A stretch of 63,417 nucleotides of DNA, filler included, from a bacterium (GCA_046331705.1; 9 parts of 9 records of this genome joined end to end with filler, not necessarily neighbours in it); one strand, 5' to 3'; numbered from the whole stretch's first letter, positions 11,542 to 21,144 are shown. The notes: a model not told the origin generated them from the sequence alone. Made by a program: numbers and translations.

Positions 11542-12096
11542 ATGGCTCAGCTCTTACTCAAGCCGTCGAGCCAGGAAGGTGAGTGGACGGTCCGTCCGAT
11601 CGACACGGACGCCGCGCTGGCGCTCGACGAGCGCGGTGCCGCGCGCTCGCTGCGGCGCTGCGACGTGCTCGACGTGTTGCTGCGCGCGCCCGATGGCGCG
11701 GTGCTGCTGGGTGTCGGCGGAGCAGGAGAGCGCTGGCTGCTCGTGGCACGTGCCGGCGTCGATCTTCACGTCAACGACCGGCCAGTCTCGGCGGGTACGC
11801 GCGTGCTGCGCGACAAGGACGAGATCCGCCTGGGCGCCGGCGCGGTGCCGATCTTCTTCTCGACGGAGCGCGTGGCGCGGATCGAGCCGTTCGAGGGCAG
11901 CGGCGTCGCGGCGAGCTGCCCCCGTTGCCGACTGCCGCTCGAGGCCGGCGCGCCGGCGGTGCGCTGCCCGAGTTGCGGCGTCGCGCACCATCAGCGTGAG
12001 GGGCTGCTGTGCTGGACCTACGCCGAGTCCTGCGCCGTGTGCGGTCATCCGACGCCGCTCGAAGCGGATCTTCAGTGGGTCCCGGAGGCGGTGTGA
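11542..12096 (+). CDS. FHA-like domain plus prokaryotic RING finger (candidate E3 ligase)
   Basis: AAGGAG RBS. LHVNDRPVSAGTRVLRDKDEIRLG resembles the FHA C-terminal strands. C-x2-C-x12-C-x2-C-x3-HH-x6-CW-x5-C-x2-C RING-type pattern. Confidence 0.75.
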   Translation: MAQLLLKPSSQEGEWTVRPIDTDAALALDERGAARSLRRCDVLDVLLRAPDGAVLLGVGGAGERWLLVARAGVDLHVNDRPVSAGTRVLRDKDEIRLGAGAVPIFFSTERVARIEPFEGSGVAASCPRCRLPLEAGAPAVRCPSCGVAHHQREGLLCWTYAESCAVCGHPTPLEADLQWVPEAV

Positions 12097-12172
12097 AGCG
12101 GCGCGGCCCGCGCGGAAGCCGCGTGGGCGCGCGTGCGTCGATCGAGCCAACGATGAGGAGCGAGGGAAAGCC

Positions 12173-13309
12173 GTGGTGACCGTGACGTTGATCGGGCTTG
12201 GGGTGGTTGGGTCCCACGCCGTGGGACTGCTCATCCGGATGGGGCTCATCGACCGGCTGATCCTGGTCGACCCCGACGTCTACGACGAGTCCAACCTCAC
12301 GAGCCAGTGCATCGAGCCGCGGGACGTGGGGCGGCCGAAGGTGCTGGCGCAGAAGCGACGGGTGCGCGCGATCGCGCCCGGCATCGACGTCACGGCGATC
12401 CAGAGCCGCCTCGAGGACCTTCCGCCTGGACGACTGCGGGCGGACGTGATCGTTACGTGCCTGGATTCAGCCGCGGCGCGGATCGACGCGAACGAGATCG
12501 CGGGAATGCTGGGCGTGCCGCTCATCGATACCGGTGTGCGCGGCGCGGATCTGCTGGGTCGCGTGGATGTCTACCTGCCCAGCCCGAGATGCGCGTGCTT
12601 CGAGTGCCTGCTCGCGGCCCACGACTACCAGCAGGCCGAGGTCGTTCACTCGTGCGAGGAAGGTCGCGATCCGCGCCGCGCGCGGCCGACACCGGCGCCA
12701 AGCGCGACGTCGGCCGCCCTCGGCTCGTTGGTCGCCTCCGCGACGGTCGTCGTGCTCGAGGAGCTCCTGCGCTCGCGCGATCCGGGCGCGCTCGCCGGCC
12801 GCCGCATTCTGTTCGAGCTCCGAAACCATCGGCACGCCGTCAGCCGGCTACCGTTCAATCCCGCGTGCCGGCGCTCGCCGCACGAGCCGTGGGCGATTCG
12901 ATCGTTCGGCGAGCACGCCTCGCGCCTCACGTTCACCGAGCTTCACGCGCAGGTGGGCGCCGCCACGAGCGACGCCGCCATCCGGATCTTCGGCACGCGC
13001 TTCGTGACCGAGGTCGTGTGCGTGCGCTGTGGGCGAAAGCGCCGAGTGGTGCGCGTCGAGCGCGGCCTCGGTGGCGCGCGGGGTTGGTGCGGTGCATGTC
13101 ATCGCCCGATGGAAGTGACGAGCCTCGGTCTCGTGGAGTGGCTGCCGCTCGCGGCGCTCACGTCGCGTGAGCTGGATCGCGCTCTCGAGAGCTTCGGCCT
13201 CGCGCGCGGCGACGTCGTCACGATTCGCTCACGCGGGACCGAGCGACACGTCGAGCTCAAGTTGCCGCGCGGCGCGGGCGGCGCCGCGCAGGCGAGGGAG
13301 GAGTCATGA
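12173..13309 (+). CDS. ThiF/MoeB-family E1-like activating enzyme with C-terminal Zn ribbon
   Basis: LIGLGVVGS (GxGxxG), VDPDVYDESNLTSQ, GRPKV, CLDS.AAR, CFEC, candidate catalytic HSC, C-terminal CVRC...CGAC. GTG start inferred. Confidence 0.88.
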   Translation: MVTVTLIGLGVVGSHAVGLLIRMGLIDRLILVDPDVYDESNLTSQCIEPRDVGRPKVLAQKRRVRAIAPGIDVTAIQSRLEDLPPGRLRADVIVTCLDSAAARIDANEIAGMLGVPLIDTGVRGADLLGRVDVYLPSPRCACFECLLAAHDYQQAEVVHSCEEGRDPRRARPTPAPSATSAALGSLVASATVVVLEELLRSRDPGALAGRRILFELRNHRHAVSRLPFNPACRRSPHEPWAIRSFGEHASRLTFTELHAQVGAATSDAAIRIFGTRFVTEVVCVRCGRKRRVVRVERGLGGARGWCGACHRPMEVTSLGLVEWLPLAALTSRELDRALESFGLARGDVVTIRSRGTERHVELKLPRGAGGAAQAREES

Positions 13310-13685
13310 ACGATCCGCAGTTGCAGGGCTTCCTGCGCGAGCAGCAAAAGGCCGCGCACGCGCTCAACGCCGCCAGCGATGTGGTGACGCTGGTTCCGTT
13401 GCCGCGCGGCTTCCACGCGCTCGACACGCTGGGCGGGCTGCTTCAGCTCCTCGGTGCCCCGGTGGCGCTCGACGCGGAGCCGGGGCTCGGTCCGGAGACC
13501 GAAGAGCCCCCGACCCACTACCTGGCCCGGTTCTCGTGCGGAGGGTTGGTCCGGAACCCGGACGGGAGCGTGCGCACGGCCAGCGACTGGCTCGTGGGGA
13601 TTCGCTTTTCCGACGACTACCTACGCCGCGTACGACCGTTCGAGGTGGTGACGTTCATCGGTCCCGAGAGCGTGTGGCACCCCAA
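13306..13685 (+). CDS. E2 (UBC-like) conjugating enzyme, 5' part; continues at 31991-31751 on the minus strand
   Basis: GGAGGAG RBS, ATGA overlap with E1. Ends ...VGIRFSDDY...GPESVWHP at the contig end; the last 21 nt overlap the contig 3 end. Confidence 0.85.
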
Positions 13686-13785
13686 NNNNNNNNNNNNNNN
13701 NNNNNNNNNNNNNNNNNNNNNNNNNNNNNTTAATTAATTAANNNNNNNNNNNNNNNNNNNNNNNNNNNNNNNNNNNNNNNNNNNN
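13686..13785. other. Artificial contig linker (also 23324-23423, 32013-32112, 38885-38984, 45642-45741, 51190-51289, 54587-54686, 60160-60259)
   Basis: N-run, TTAATTAATTAA (stops in all frames), N-run; 100 nt each. Confidence 0.99.
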
Positions 13786-14334
13786 CAGGCGTCCGCGATC
13801 GAGGGAGACAAGATCCCCGGTCTCGCCGTCGCCCTCGAGCCCGGCCAGACGATCCACGTGAACGATTTCGCGATTCGCGTCCTGCGCCTGCCGGGCCACA
13901 CCGACGGCCACGTCGGCTACCTCTTCGACCGCGACCTCTTCTGCGGCGACGTGCTCTTCGTCGCCGGCTGCGGGCGGATCTTCGAAGGCACGCCGGCGCA
14001 GATGTACGAGAGCCTCAACGCGACGATCGGCAGCCTCTCGGACGAGACCCGGATCTGGTGCGGTCACGAGTACACGGTGAAGAACCTGCAATTCGCCGCG
14101 ACGCTGGAGCCGACGAATGCGGCCGTCGCGGCGCGCCTCGCCCGAGCGGAGGCGGAGCGCGCGGCCGGCAGGCCCACGATTCCGAGCACGATCGGCGAGG
14201 AGCGGACGTTCAACCCGTTCCTCAGGGTCGATTCACCCGAGCTCATCGCCACGCTGAAACGACGCAACCCGGCGCAGCCGACCGATCCCGTGTCGGTCTT
14301 CGCCGCCGTGCGCGAGCTCAAGAACGAGTTCTGA
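13786..14334 (+). CDS. gloB: Hydroxyacylglutathione hydrolase (glyoxalase II), 5'-truncated
   Basis: PGHTDGH, LFCGDVLFVAGCGRIFEGTPAQM, WCGHEYTVKNL, PTIPSTIGEE..FNPFLR. Confidence 0.92.
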   Translation, partial: QASAIEGDKIPGLAVALEPGQTIHVNDFAIRVLRLPGHTDGHVGYLFDRDLFCGDVLFVAGCGRIFEGTPAQMYESLNATIGSLSDETRIWCGHEYTVKNLQFAATLEPTNAAVAARLARAEAERAAGRPTIPSTIGEERTFNPFLRVDSPELIATLKRRNPAQPTDPVSVFAAVRELKNEF

Positions 14335-14477
14335 GCGCACGAAACGACCGGAGCCCCGGCACGCGAACGACGCGCGTCGGCGACCCACGAACCCGCGATC
14401 CGTGAACCGACGACCAGCTTGAGGGGTACACCCCTCGATGCTAGCGTCCCCACCGCTCACCGACGGAGACGAAATCC

Positions 14478-14876
14478 ATGGCCGCGACGATTCCCGAAAG
14501 CCACCTCGACCTCTTCAAGAAGCGTGCGTTCGCGCACCTCGCCACCTTGATGCCCGACGGCAGCCCGCAGGTGAACCCGGTGTGGGTCGACTTCGACGGA
14601 ACGCACGTGATCTTCAACACCGCGCGCGGACGCTGGAAGGACAAGAACCTGCAGCGCGACGCGCGGGTCGCCATCGAGGTCCTCGATCCCGACAATCCGT
14701 ACCGCTACCTCCAGGTGCGCGGCGTGATCGTGGAGATCACCGAGGTCGGCGCCGACGCGGTCATCGACAAGCTCGCCAAGAAGTACCTGGATGCCGACAA
14801 GTACCCGTTCCGGCAGCCGGGCGAGGTGCGGGTCACCTACAAGATCGAGCCGCGCAGCGTGAACGCGCACGGCTGA
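14478..14876 (+). CDS. PPOX-class F420-dependent oxidoreductase (split beta-barrel)
   Basis: FAHLATLMPDGSPQVNPVWVD..NTARGR.K.KNL.RDARVAI...DPDNPYRYLQVRG. Confidence 0.9.
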   Translation: MAATIPESHLDLFKKRAFAHLATLMPDGSPQVNPVWVDFDGTHVIFNTARGRWKDKNLQRDARVAIEVLDPDNPYRYLQVRGVIVEITEVGADAVIDKLAKKYLDADKYPFRQPGEVRVTYKIEPRSVNAHG

Positions 14877-14965
14877 GGAAACGGCGCGCGCGTCCCACCT
14901 GCGCGAACCGAGAGCAGCTCCGAAACGAAATCGAACGAGGGGTCGGGAACCCGGGGGATTCGAAG

Positions 14966-15349
14966 ATGCCAGACACGATGTCCACGCGATACGTCCGCCG
15001 CGAGTTTCTGACGACCTCGATGGGGAAGCTGGCGCTGCTGATGCCCGCCGCCGCGGTGCTGAGCCACTGCGGGAACGCGAGCACCACGAACGACGGCAGC
15101 GACGAGGGCTTCACCATCACGTCGAGTCTCGCGAGCGGCCACACGCACGCGATCTTCCTGCTCTTGAGCGACGTCGCGTCGCCGCCCTCGACCGGGCTCA
15201 CGTACCAGAGCACGACCTCGAGCAACCACTTCCATCTGGTGGTCGTCACGCAGGCGCAGCTCACCAGCATCGACGAAGGTGCGGTCGTCACCGTGACCAG
15301 CTCCGTCTCCGACGGCCACCAGCACGCGTTCAGCATCCAGAAGCCCTGA
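14966..15349 (+). CDS. Tat-exported small lipoprotein with repeated HxH motifs
   Basis: VRREFL twin-arginine motif, LSHC lipobox-like, GHTH / NHFH / GHQH. Confidence 0.65.
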   Translation: MPDTMSTRYVRREFLTTSMGKLALLMPAAAVLSHCGNASTTNDGSDEGFTITSSLASGHTHAIFLLLSDVASPPSTGLTYQSTTSSNHFHLVVVTQAQLTSIDEGAVVTVTSSVSDGHQHAFSIQKP

Positions 15350-15358
15350 TCGAGTCCC

Positions 15359-16723
15359 GTGAGGCGCAGCAGGAACGTGCGCCGTCGCTGGCTCGTGTCC
15401 TGCGCCCTCGCCTCGGCGATCGCCGGATGCGGCGACGGGTCGGGCTCGGCGGGCACGCCCGTCGAGCCTGGCCCGTTGGCGCGCAAGGCGGCGGGCTACG
15501 ACGCCAATCACGTCGCCTGGCATCAGAGCGCCGAGCTCGGAAGCCGGATCGAGACCCGTTTCGCGGCGCCTGATTCGACCGAGGTCGTCCTCTACGACGA
15601 CCTCGGCGCCTCCACCTTCTGGACCGGCCAGTACGCGGCCAGCCAGGCCTTCCGGTTCGCCGTCACCGGCGCCGCGGACGCGCGCACGAACGCGCTGCGA
15701 GCCGCGAGCGCGCTGCACCATCACTACGCCGCCACCGGCAAGCGTGGATTCGTGGGCCGCTTCGTCGGCTCGGTGGACGAGCCGGCGCTGTGGGCGTACG
15801 CCCAGCCCTGCACCGACGAGAACTGTCATCTCGTCACCGAAGGCCCGTACGCCGGGCATTTCTGGCTCGGCAACACCAGCCGGGATCAGTACACGGGCTG
15901 GTTCTACGGGCTCAGCCTGGTGCACGACCTGGTGGCCGATCCCGAGACCAACGCCGTCATCGAGAGCGACATGCGCGAGGTGATCGCGCGTCTCGAGGAC
16001 GACGCCTGGCGGATCGTCGACGTCGACGGCGTCGCCACCACCGCCGGGCCTGGCGTGCTGCCGCTTCAGCAGCTCATGTTCACCATCGCCGCGCGCGACG
16101 CGACCGGCGATGCCGCGCTCGCCGAGCTCTACGAACGAACGGCCGCGTTTCTCACGGTGCTCGAACCGCTCTCGACGATCACCTGGCCCAACACCTACAC
16201 CGAGTACTTCGGAATCAGCCTCGGTTACCTGGCGTCCTACAACCTCGTGCGACTGGAAGCGGACGCCGAGCGCCGCGCGGCGCACGTCGCGACGCTCGAC
16301 ACCCAGCAGTACCCGCCGGTCGCCAACACCCACCAAGTCTTCTTCGATTACGTGTGGATGGCCGAGACCGGCCAGCGACCGGAAGCGCTGCTCGAGGACG
16401 CGCGCGCCTCACTCCTCGAGTTCCCGGACGCGCCCAAGCGCCGCATCCATCCGTATCACCCGCCGATGCCGAAGGATCCGCTCTCGGTGATCGCCGGCCC
16501 GCTGCTCGACGCGCTGGGTCTGGGCGAGGTGATCGACATCGAGCCGCGCGCGAAGGATCCGTATCCGATGAGTCAGCGCTGCGTCGCGGGCGATTACTGG
16601 CAGGCGAGCCCGTGGGCGCTCGACTGCGGGCCGGACGATCCCGCGTTCGAGTACGCCGGCGAGGACTACCTGCACGCGTACTGGATGGGCCGCTACCACG
16701 GCTTCCTGAACGACGGCGACTGA
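15359..16723 (+). CDS. Hypothetical lipoprotein, probable alpha/alpha-toroid fold
   Basis: AIAGC lipobox; D...WTG.Y and W.GNTSRDQY.G motifs. Confidence 0.6.
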   Translation: MRRSRNVRRRWLVSCALASAIAGCGDGSGSAGTPVEPGPLARKAAGYDANHVAWHQSAELGSRIETRFAAPDSTEVVLYDDLGASTFWTGQYAASQAFRFAVTGAADARTNALRAASALHHHYAATGKRGFVGRFVGSVDEPALWAYAQPCTDENCHLVTEGPYAGHFWLGNTSRDQYTGWFYGLSLVHDLVADPETNAVIESDMREVIARLEDDAWRIVDVDGVATTAGPGVLPLQQLMFTIAARDATGDAALAELYERTAAFLTVLEPLSTITWPNTYTEYFGISLGYLASYNLVRLEADAERRAAHVATLDTQQYPPVANTHQVFFDYVWMAETGQRPEALLEDARASLLEFPDAPKRRIHPYHPPMPKDPLSVIAGPLLDALGLGEVIDIEPRAKDPYPMSQRCVAGDYWQASPWALDCGPDDPAFEYAGEDYLHAYWMGRYHGFLNDGD

Positions 16724-16774
16724 GGTGCCGCGTCGGGGGGCGGTGGCCGCCTCCGCGCGGCGCGGGTCTCGCGA

Positions 16775-17437
16775 TCAGCCGCCGGGCGGGAGCAGCGGGA
16801 CGTCGACGATCACGTCGGCTCGCGCAGCGATGAGGTTGGTGAGCACGTCGACGATCAAGCCGCCCCGCGGCACGTCCGGCACCGGAACCCGCGGCGGGTA
16901 GCTCAGGATCGCGACGAAGACCGTGTCCCCTGGCGCCAGGTCGGTCGCGAACTCCCCGACGAGCGTCGCGGGATCGCTTGCGGACGGCTCGAAGAGCGTG
17001 GTGGACGTCTGCCACGGCTTTGCGAAATCGGCGCGACGCACCGCACCCAGGAACTCGCTGCCTTCGCCGTATCCCTCGGGGTGGATCGCCAGCGAGAACG
17101 CACAGCCGCCGGTCGCGGCGAGACACCGGATCCCGGACGAGATCGGGGCGCCGGTGTCGGAGAGCGGCTCTCCCGGCCCCGGCGAGTCGGTGGGCAGCGA
17201 GGGCGGCGCGTCCACTCCGCACAACAGGAAATCGTCCGGCACCAAGGCGCAGGTGCCGTGCTCCACGGCATCGCGGATGGCGCCCTGCTCGCTTTGCGCC
17301 GCCGCCGAAACCTCGGGATCGAAGCCGCTCGAGCCGCTTCCGCAACCACTCGCCCACGCCAGGCTCGCGATCGCGAAGACGAGCCGAACGAGCGCAGCGC
17401 GGCAGCGCGCGGACCGAGGTGGCTTGCGCACGATCAT
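16775..17437 (-). CDS. Hypothetical lipoprotein
   Basis: WASGC lipobox after a hydrophobic stretch; directly downstream of the regulator. Confidence 0.55.
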   Translation of the reverse strand: MIVRKPPRSARCRAALVRLVFAIASLAWASGCGSGSSGFDPEVSAAAQSEQGAIRDAVEHGTCALVPDDFLLCGVDAPPSLPTDSPGPGEPLSDTGAPISSGIRCLAATGGCAFSLAIHPEGYGEGSEFLGAVRRADFAKPWQTSTTLFEPSASDPATLVGEFATDLAPGDTVFVAILSYPPRVPVPDVPRGGLIVDVLTNLIAARADVIVDVPLLPPGG

Positions 17438-17440
17438 CGC

Positions 17441-18289
17441 TCACTCCTTTTGCGTACCGGCCACGAGAATGCGCACGAACTGCTGCTGCCCCGGGCCGCG
17501 CGCGCTGCTCGCCGCGGCGTCGCGGGTCGCGTCCTCGGACGCGGCGAACTCTCGCACGACCTCTTTCACGGCCGCGTCGAGTCGCTTGCGGAGCTCGTCG
17601 GCGCGCTCGGGTGCGACGAGCAGGAAGTGGTTCTTGAGATACGTCGCACGCTGATCGCGAACCAGCTTGTCGGTGAGGCTCTTGGCGAAGATCGCCGCCA
17701 GCTCGAGCGCCAGGTCCAGCCGTTCGTCTCGATCGACGGCGTGGATGTGGTGCGCCTTCTTCCGCACGGTGCGGGCGTCGACCTCGATCAGGCCCTTGTC
17801 GCAGAGCGCGGCCTCGATGCGCTTGGCGTCGGCACGGTTCGCCTTGCCGAACGCGTCCACCAGCGCGTCGTCGACGGCCTTGCGGAACGCACGCAGCGAG
17901 ACTGGCGAGCCATCGTCGGGCAGCGCCGCGAGCGCCTGCGAGAGCGCCACCGAGAACGAGACCGGCGGCGCGGCCTCGTCACCGTCGTCGCGGTCGTCGG
18001 CGGCCGCGCCTGCCATCGCGCGGCGGATCTCGCGAGCGAGGGCCCGCACCATCCGGTCGCGATAGAGCACCGCCAGCAGCTCGTTCGGTTGCTCGCCGCG
18101 CAGTCGGGCCAACTTCCGCACCAGCTCTTCGTTCGGGTAGCGCTCGCCCTTCTCGATGTATCCGAGCAGCACGGGATCGATGCCGAGCTCGGCGGCGAAG
18201 CGGCGCAGCGTCCACTCGCGTCCGCGCAGCACGCGGGTCTCGTAGAAGACCTCGCGGATCCCCTTGAAGGTCGAGGGCAAGCGATTCAT
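17441..18289 (-). CDS. XRE-family HTH transcriptional regulator with extended C-terminal domain
   Basis: WTLRRFAAELGIDPVLLGYIEKGERYPNEELVRKLA. Confidence 0.8.
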   Translation of the reverse strand: MNRLPSTFKGIREVFYETRVLRGREWTLRRFAAELGIDPVLLGYIEKGERYPNEELVRKLARLRGEQPNELLAVLYRDRMVRALAREIRRAMAGAAADDRDDGDEAAPPVSFSVALSQALAALPDDGSPVSLRAFRKAVDDALVDAFGKANRADAKRIEAALCDKGLIEVDARTVRKKAHHIHAVDRDERLDLALELAAIFAKSLTDKLVRDQRATYLKNHFLLVAPERADELRKRLDAAVKEVVREFAASEDATRDAAASSARGPGQQQFVRILVAGTQKE

Positions 18290-18335
18290 CGGGTTCGAGG
18301 ATAGCGTGGCGTCCACGGTCGCTCAAACATCGAAA

Positions 18336-18382
18336 GTTGTTGACAACAACATATCATGATTTGTAGACTAACATTTGTTGTT
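18336..18382 (+). promoter_or_regulatory. Sigma70-type promoter overlapped by palindromic operator(s)
   Basis: AT-rich patch; TTGACA (18340-45) N18 TAGACT (18364-69). Palindrome GTTGTTG-A-CAACAAC (18336-50), plus AACAACA (18345-51) / TGTTGTT (18376-82). Confidence 0.65.
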
Positions 18383-18544
18383 AATGCTCGTGACTCACCC
18401 GATCTCGCGCGAGGCCTCGCGAAACAGCGAATTCCGTCATCGAACCAGGCGCGGGCGGCTCTCGGTGACTGACGGGAGACAGGAGCCGCGGGCTCCCGCG
18501 CCTGGGCTTTTCTCGCGAGCCCACACCTCGACGGAGGATTCCGG

Positions 18545-21142
18545 ATGCGACGCACGGCAATGCACACGTCGAACGCGCTTCGCCCGCCACTCAGCCGGTG
18601 GTCGCTGGCCATCGTGCTCGCGCTGGTCGGCGCCCTCGGTTGCGGATCGAGCGGCAGCGGCGAGAGCGCGAGCCTCACGTTGCCACCCAGCGGCGCGCTG
18701 CGCGGCTTGGTGACGGCATCCTCCGACCTCTCGACCTGGGACGCCGCCCGCGGCTCCGCACCAGCGGCGGCGAGCGCCGCACTCGCCGAGAGCGGGCTCG
18801 CACCCAGCAGCCGATTCACCACCGCCGTGCCCGAAGCGACCGTCGGGATCGACGGCACCAGCGGGCGCGTCGCCACGGCGCGTGACGGCACCTTCTTCCT
18901 GAGCGGCCTGGCCGCCGGCGACTACGCGCTGCTGCTGCAGAAGACCGTGGACGGCAACCTCCTCGACGCCAGCGTGCCCGTCCATCTGGCCGCCGAGAGC
19001 GGCACGGCACTCTTGGTCGAGATGAGCAGCGCGGGCTACCGCGTGACCCAACGCTACCGACAGAACGGGCGAGTGATCGAGAAGGTGCTCACGCCCAACG
19101 GCTCGATGCGGCAGTCGAGCGACGACGTGCTCACGGCGTACGCCCTCCCCGGCGGCGCCACCTACAGCGACGGCAACGGCGACGGGAACGTCGACGGCTG
19201 CACGGTCACCGGCTCGGAAGCGGCCCCACCGCCGCCCACGGCCGTGCCCGACGAGCCTTCGCCGAGACCGGAACCGCCGCCGACCGAGCCGCCTGGGCCG
19301 CCCTGCACGATCGGGCCCATCGAGCGAATCGAGATCCAGAGCTATTTCGCGGGCACACCGCTGGTGGTGGGGCAGATCGGCTACCTCGCGGCGATCGGGT
19401 TCGATCGCGACGGAAACGCCCAGGACGTCACCCAGATCGTCGCGTGGGAATCGACGAGCGCGGGTGTCGCCAGCGTCGACGGCTGGGGCGCCATCACGGG
19501 CCGCTCGCCGGGCAAGACACGCATTCGCGCGACACTCGGCGACGTACGCAGCGAGAGCCTGGACGTCGAGGTGATCGCGCGCCCCGCGCTCACGGCGCTC
19601 AGCGTCCAGAACGTCGACTGCTTCATCTACCCGCTCGACAAGCCGGTCGCTGGCGGCGGCATCGATGCTCCGCCTCCGGGTAGCGGCGAAGGAAGCGGCG
19701 GATCGGGCGGCAGCGACGGAGGTGGCTCGGGCGCCGTCCCGCTGCCCCCTGCGGGCGATCTCTTCCTGCCCTACTCGTGCGGCGACGTCGTCGAGATCGG
19801 CGCCGTACGGCATTACCGCGCCACCGGCCAGTTCGGCGCGAGCTACTACGAGGACGTCACGGACGAAGTGGCGTGGGCGATCCAGCCCGCCGCGGTGGGC
19901 ACGCTCGACGCGGACGGCACGTTTCACGCTGTCGCCGCGGGCGACGCCGACATCGTCGCGCGGCTCGCGGGAGTGACGAGCGAGCCCTCGCCCATTCGCG
20001 TCGTCACCGAGCCGACGCTGGTCGCGGTGGACGTCTACACGGACTACGGAGTGCCGGTGCCGCTCGCGACACCCGCGCCCGACGACACGAAGCCTGAATT
20101 TGGGGGAGGCTCGGTACCGGGTGGTTCAACCACCCCGACCCCTCCACTGCCCGGATCTGCCGAGCCTTCCCCCGTTCCTTCCAGCGACGTCGCCTGCATC
20201 GGCGAGGAGTGTCTACCGGTCGCGCAGACGATCCTCATCGGCGACACCATCCAGTTCCACGCACTGGCGCGCTACGACACCGGCGCCACCCGCGACGTCA
20301 CCACCGAGGTGCGCTGGAGCTCGTCGGCTCCGCTCGTCGGATTGGTCGGGCCCGCCGGGAAGCTCACGGCGCTCGTACCAGGTACCACGGAGATCCGCGC
20401 CTCGCTCGCCGGCGTGACTAGCACGGCCTATGCGGTGGAGGTCGTGAAGGAAGCGACCGCGCAAGCGCTCTACGTGTACGGCGAGAACCCGTCGGCGATC
20501 GCCAAGAAGGGCGAGCGCACGTACTTCCACGCGACCGCGTACTACGACGTGGCGTCGCTCTCGCGCGAGGTCACCGGCACGGTCACCTGGATCTCGTCCG
20601 ACCCGAGCATCGCGCGCTTCGACTCCGCGGGCGTGCTGGTGGGTCGCGCGCCCGGCTTCGTGGAGGTGTGGGCGCGGCTCGGCTCGCTCGAGAGCACCAA
20701 GACGAAGATCGAGGTCTGGGAAACGTCGAACCTCGAATACTGCGATCCGGACCACGTCAACCGCGCCGAGTGGAGTGACGACCTGAACCGCGTGACGCTC
20801 GAGACCGACTGCGCGAGCTACGACCGCGGCAACACCGTGACCATGCGCTACACGATCGACGAGGTCCGGCCCAACCCGGCGCCGCTCATCGATCCGTGCT
20901 TGGACCTCTTCGTGTACAGCGGCGATCGGCTCGTGCGTACCGTGCGCGAGGAAGGCTGCGGCGTTGCCCTGGCGCCCGAGCCAGGCGCCGCCGCCGCGGA
21001 CGCGGCGCTCTACCAGACGCTCGCCTTCTGGGATCAGCGCGACGCCAGCGGCGCCCTGGTGGAGCCCGGCGAGTACCGGATCGTCGGCGTCTTCTACATC
21101 TACTACGACCCCGTCATCGAGCTTTCCGTCGAGGTGCGGTGA
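18545..21142 (+). CDS. Large lipoprotein with multiple Ig-like (Big_2) domains and Pro/Gly-rich linkers
   Basis: GGAGG RBS, ALGC lipobox, four DVT..V.W.S...A.V...G-type repeats. Confidence 0.8.
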   Translation: MRRTAMHTSNALRPPLSRWSLAIVLALVGALGCGSSGSGESASLTLPPSGALRGLVTASSDLSTWDAARGSAPAAASAALAESGLAPSSRFTTAVPEATVGIDGTSGRVATARDGTFFLSGLAAGDYALLLQKTVDGNLLDASVPVHLAAESGTALLVEMSSAGYRVTQRYRQNGRVIEKVLTPNGSMRQSSDDVLTAYALPGGATYSDGNGDGNVDGCTVTGSEAAPPPPTAVPDEPSPRPEPPPTEPPGPPCTIGPIERIEIQSYFAGTPLVVGQIGYLAAIGFDRDGNAQDVTQIVAWESTSAGVASVDGWGAITGRSPGKTRIRATLGDVRSESLDVEVIARPALTALSVQNVDCFIYPLDKPVAGGGIDAPPPGSGEGSGGSGGSDGGGSGAVPLPPAGDLFLPYSCGDVVEIGAVRHYRATGQFGASYYEDVTDEVAWAIQPAAVGTLDADGTFHAVAAGDADIVARLAGVTSEPSPIRVVTEPTLVAVDVYTDYGVPVPLATPAPDDTKPEFGGGSVPGGSTTPTPPLPGSAEPSPVPSSDVACIGEECLPVAQTILIGDTIQFHALARYDTGATRDVTTEVRWSSSAPLVGLVGPAGKLTALVPGTTEIRASLAGVTSTAYAVEVVKEATAQALYVYGENPSAIAKKGERTYFHATAYYDVASLSREVTGTVTWISSDPSIARFDSAGVLVGRAPGFVEVWARLGSLESTKTKIEVWETSNLEYCDPDHVNRAEWSDDLNRVTLETDCASYDRGNTVTMRYTIDEVRPNPAPLIDPCLDLFVYSGDRLVRTVREEGCGVALAPEPGAAAADAALYQTLAFWDQRDASGALVEPGEYRIVGVFYIYYDPVIELSVEVR

Positions 21143-21144
21143 TC

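Noticed and set aside
11522-12172. Long N-terminal extension of E1 (595-aa ORF)
   Set aside because: It overlaps the FHA-RING gene in another frame and is Arg/Ala/Ser-rich shadow sequence; the Rossmann motif starts near 12173.
13686-13785. Recurrent TTAATTAATTAA flanked by N runs
   Set aside because: Artificial contig linker. ORFs ending in X...LIN are artefacts, and adjacency across linkers is not biological.
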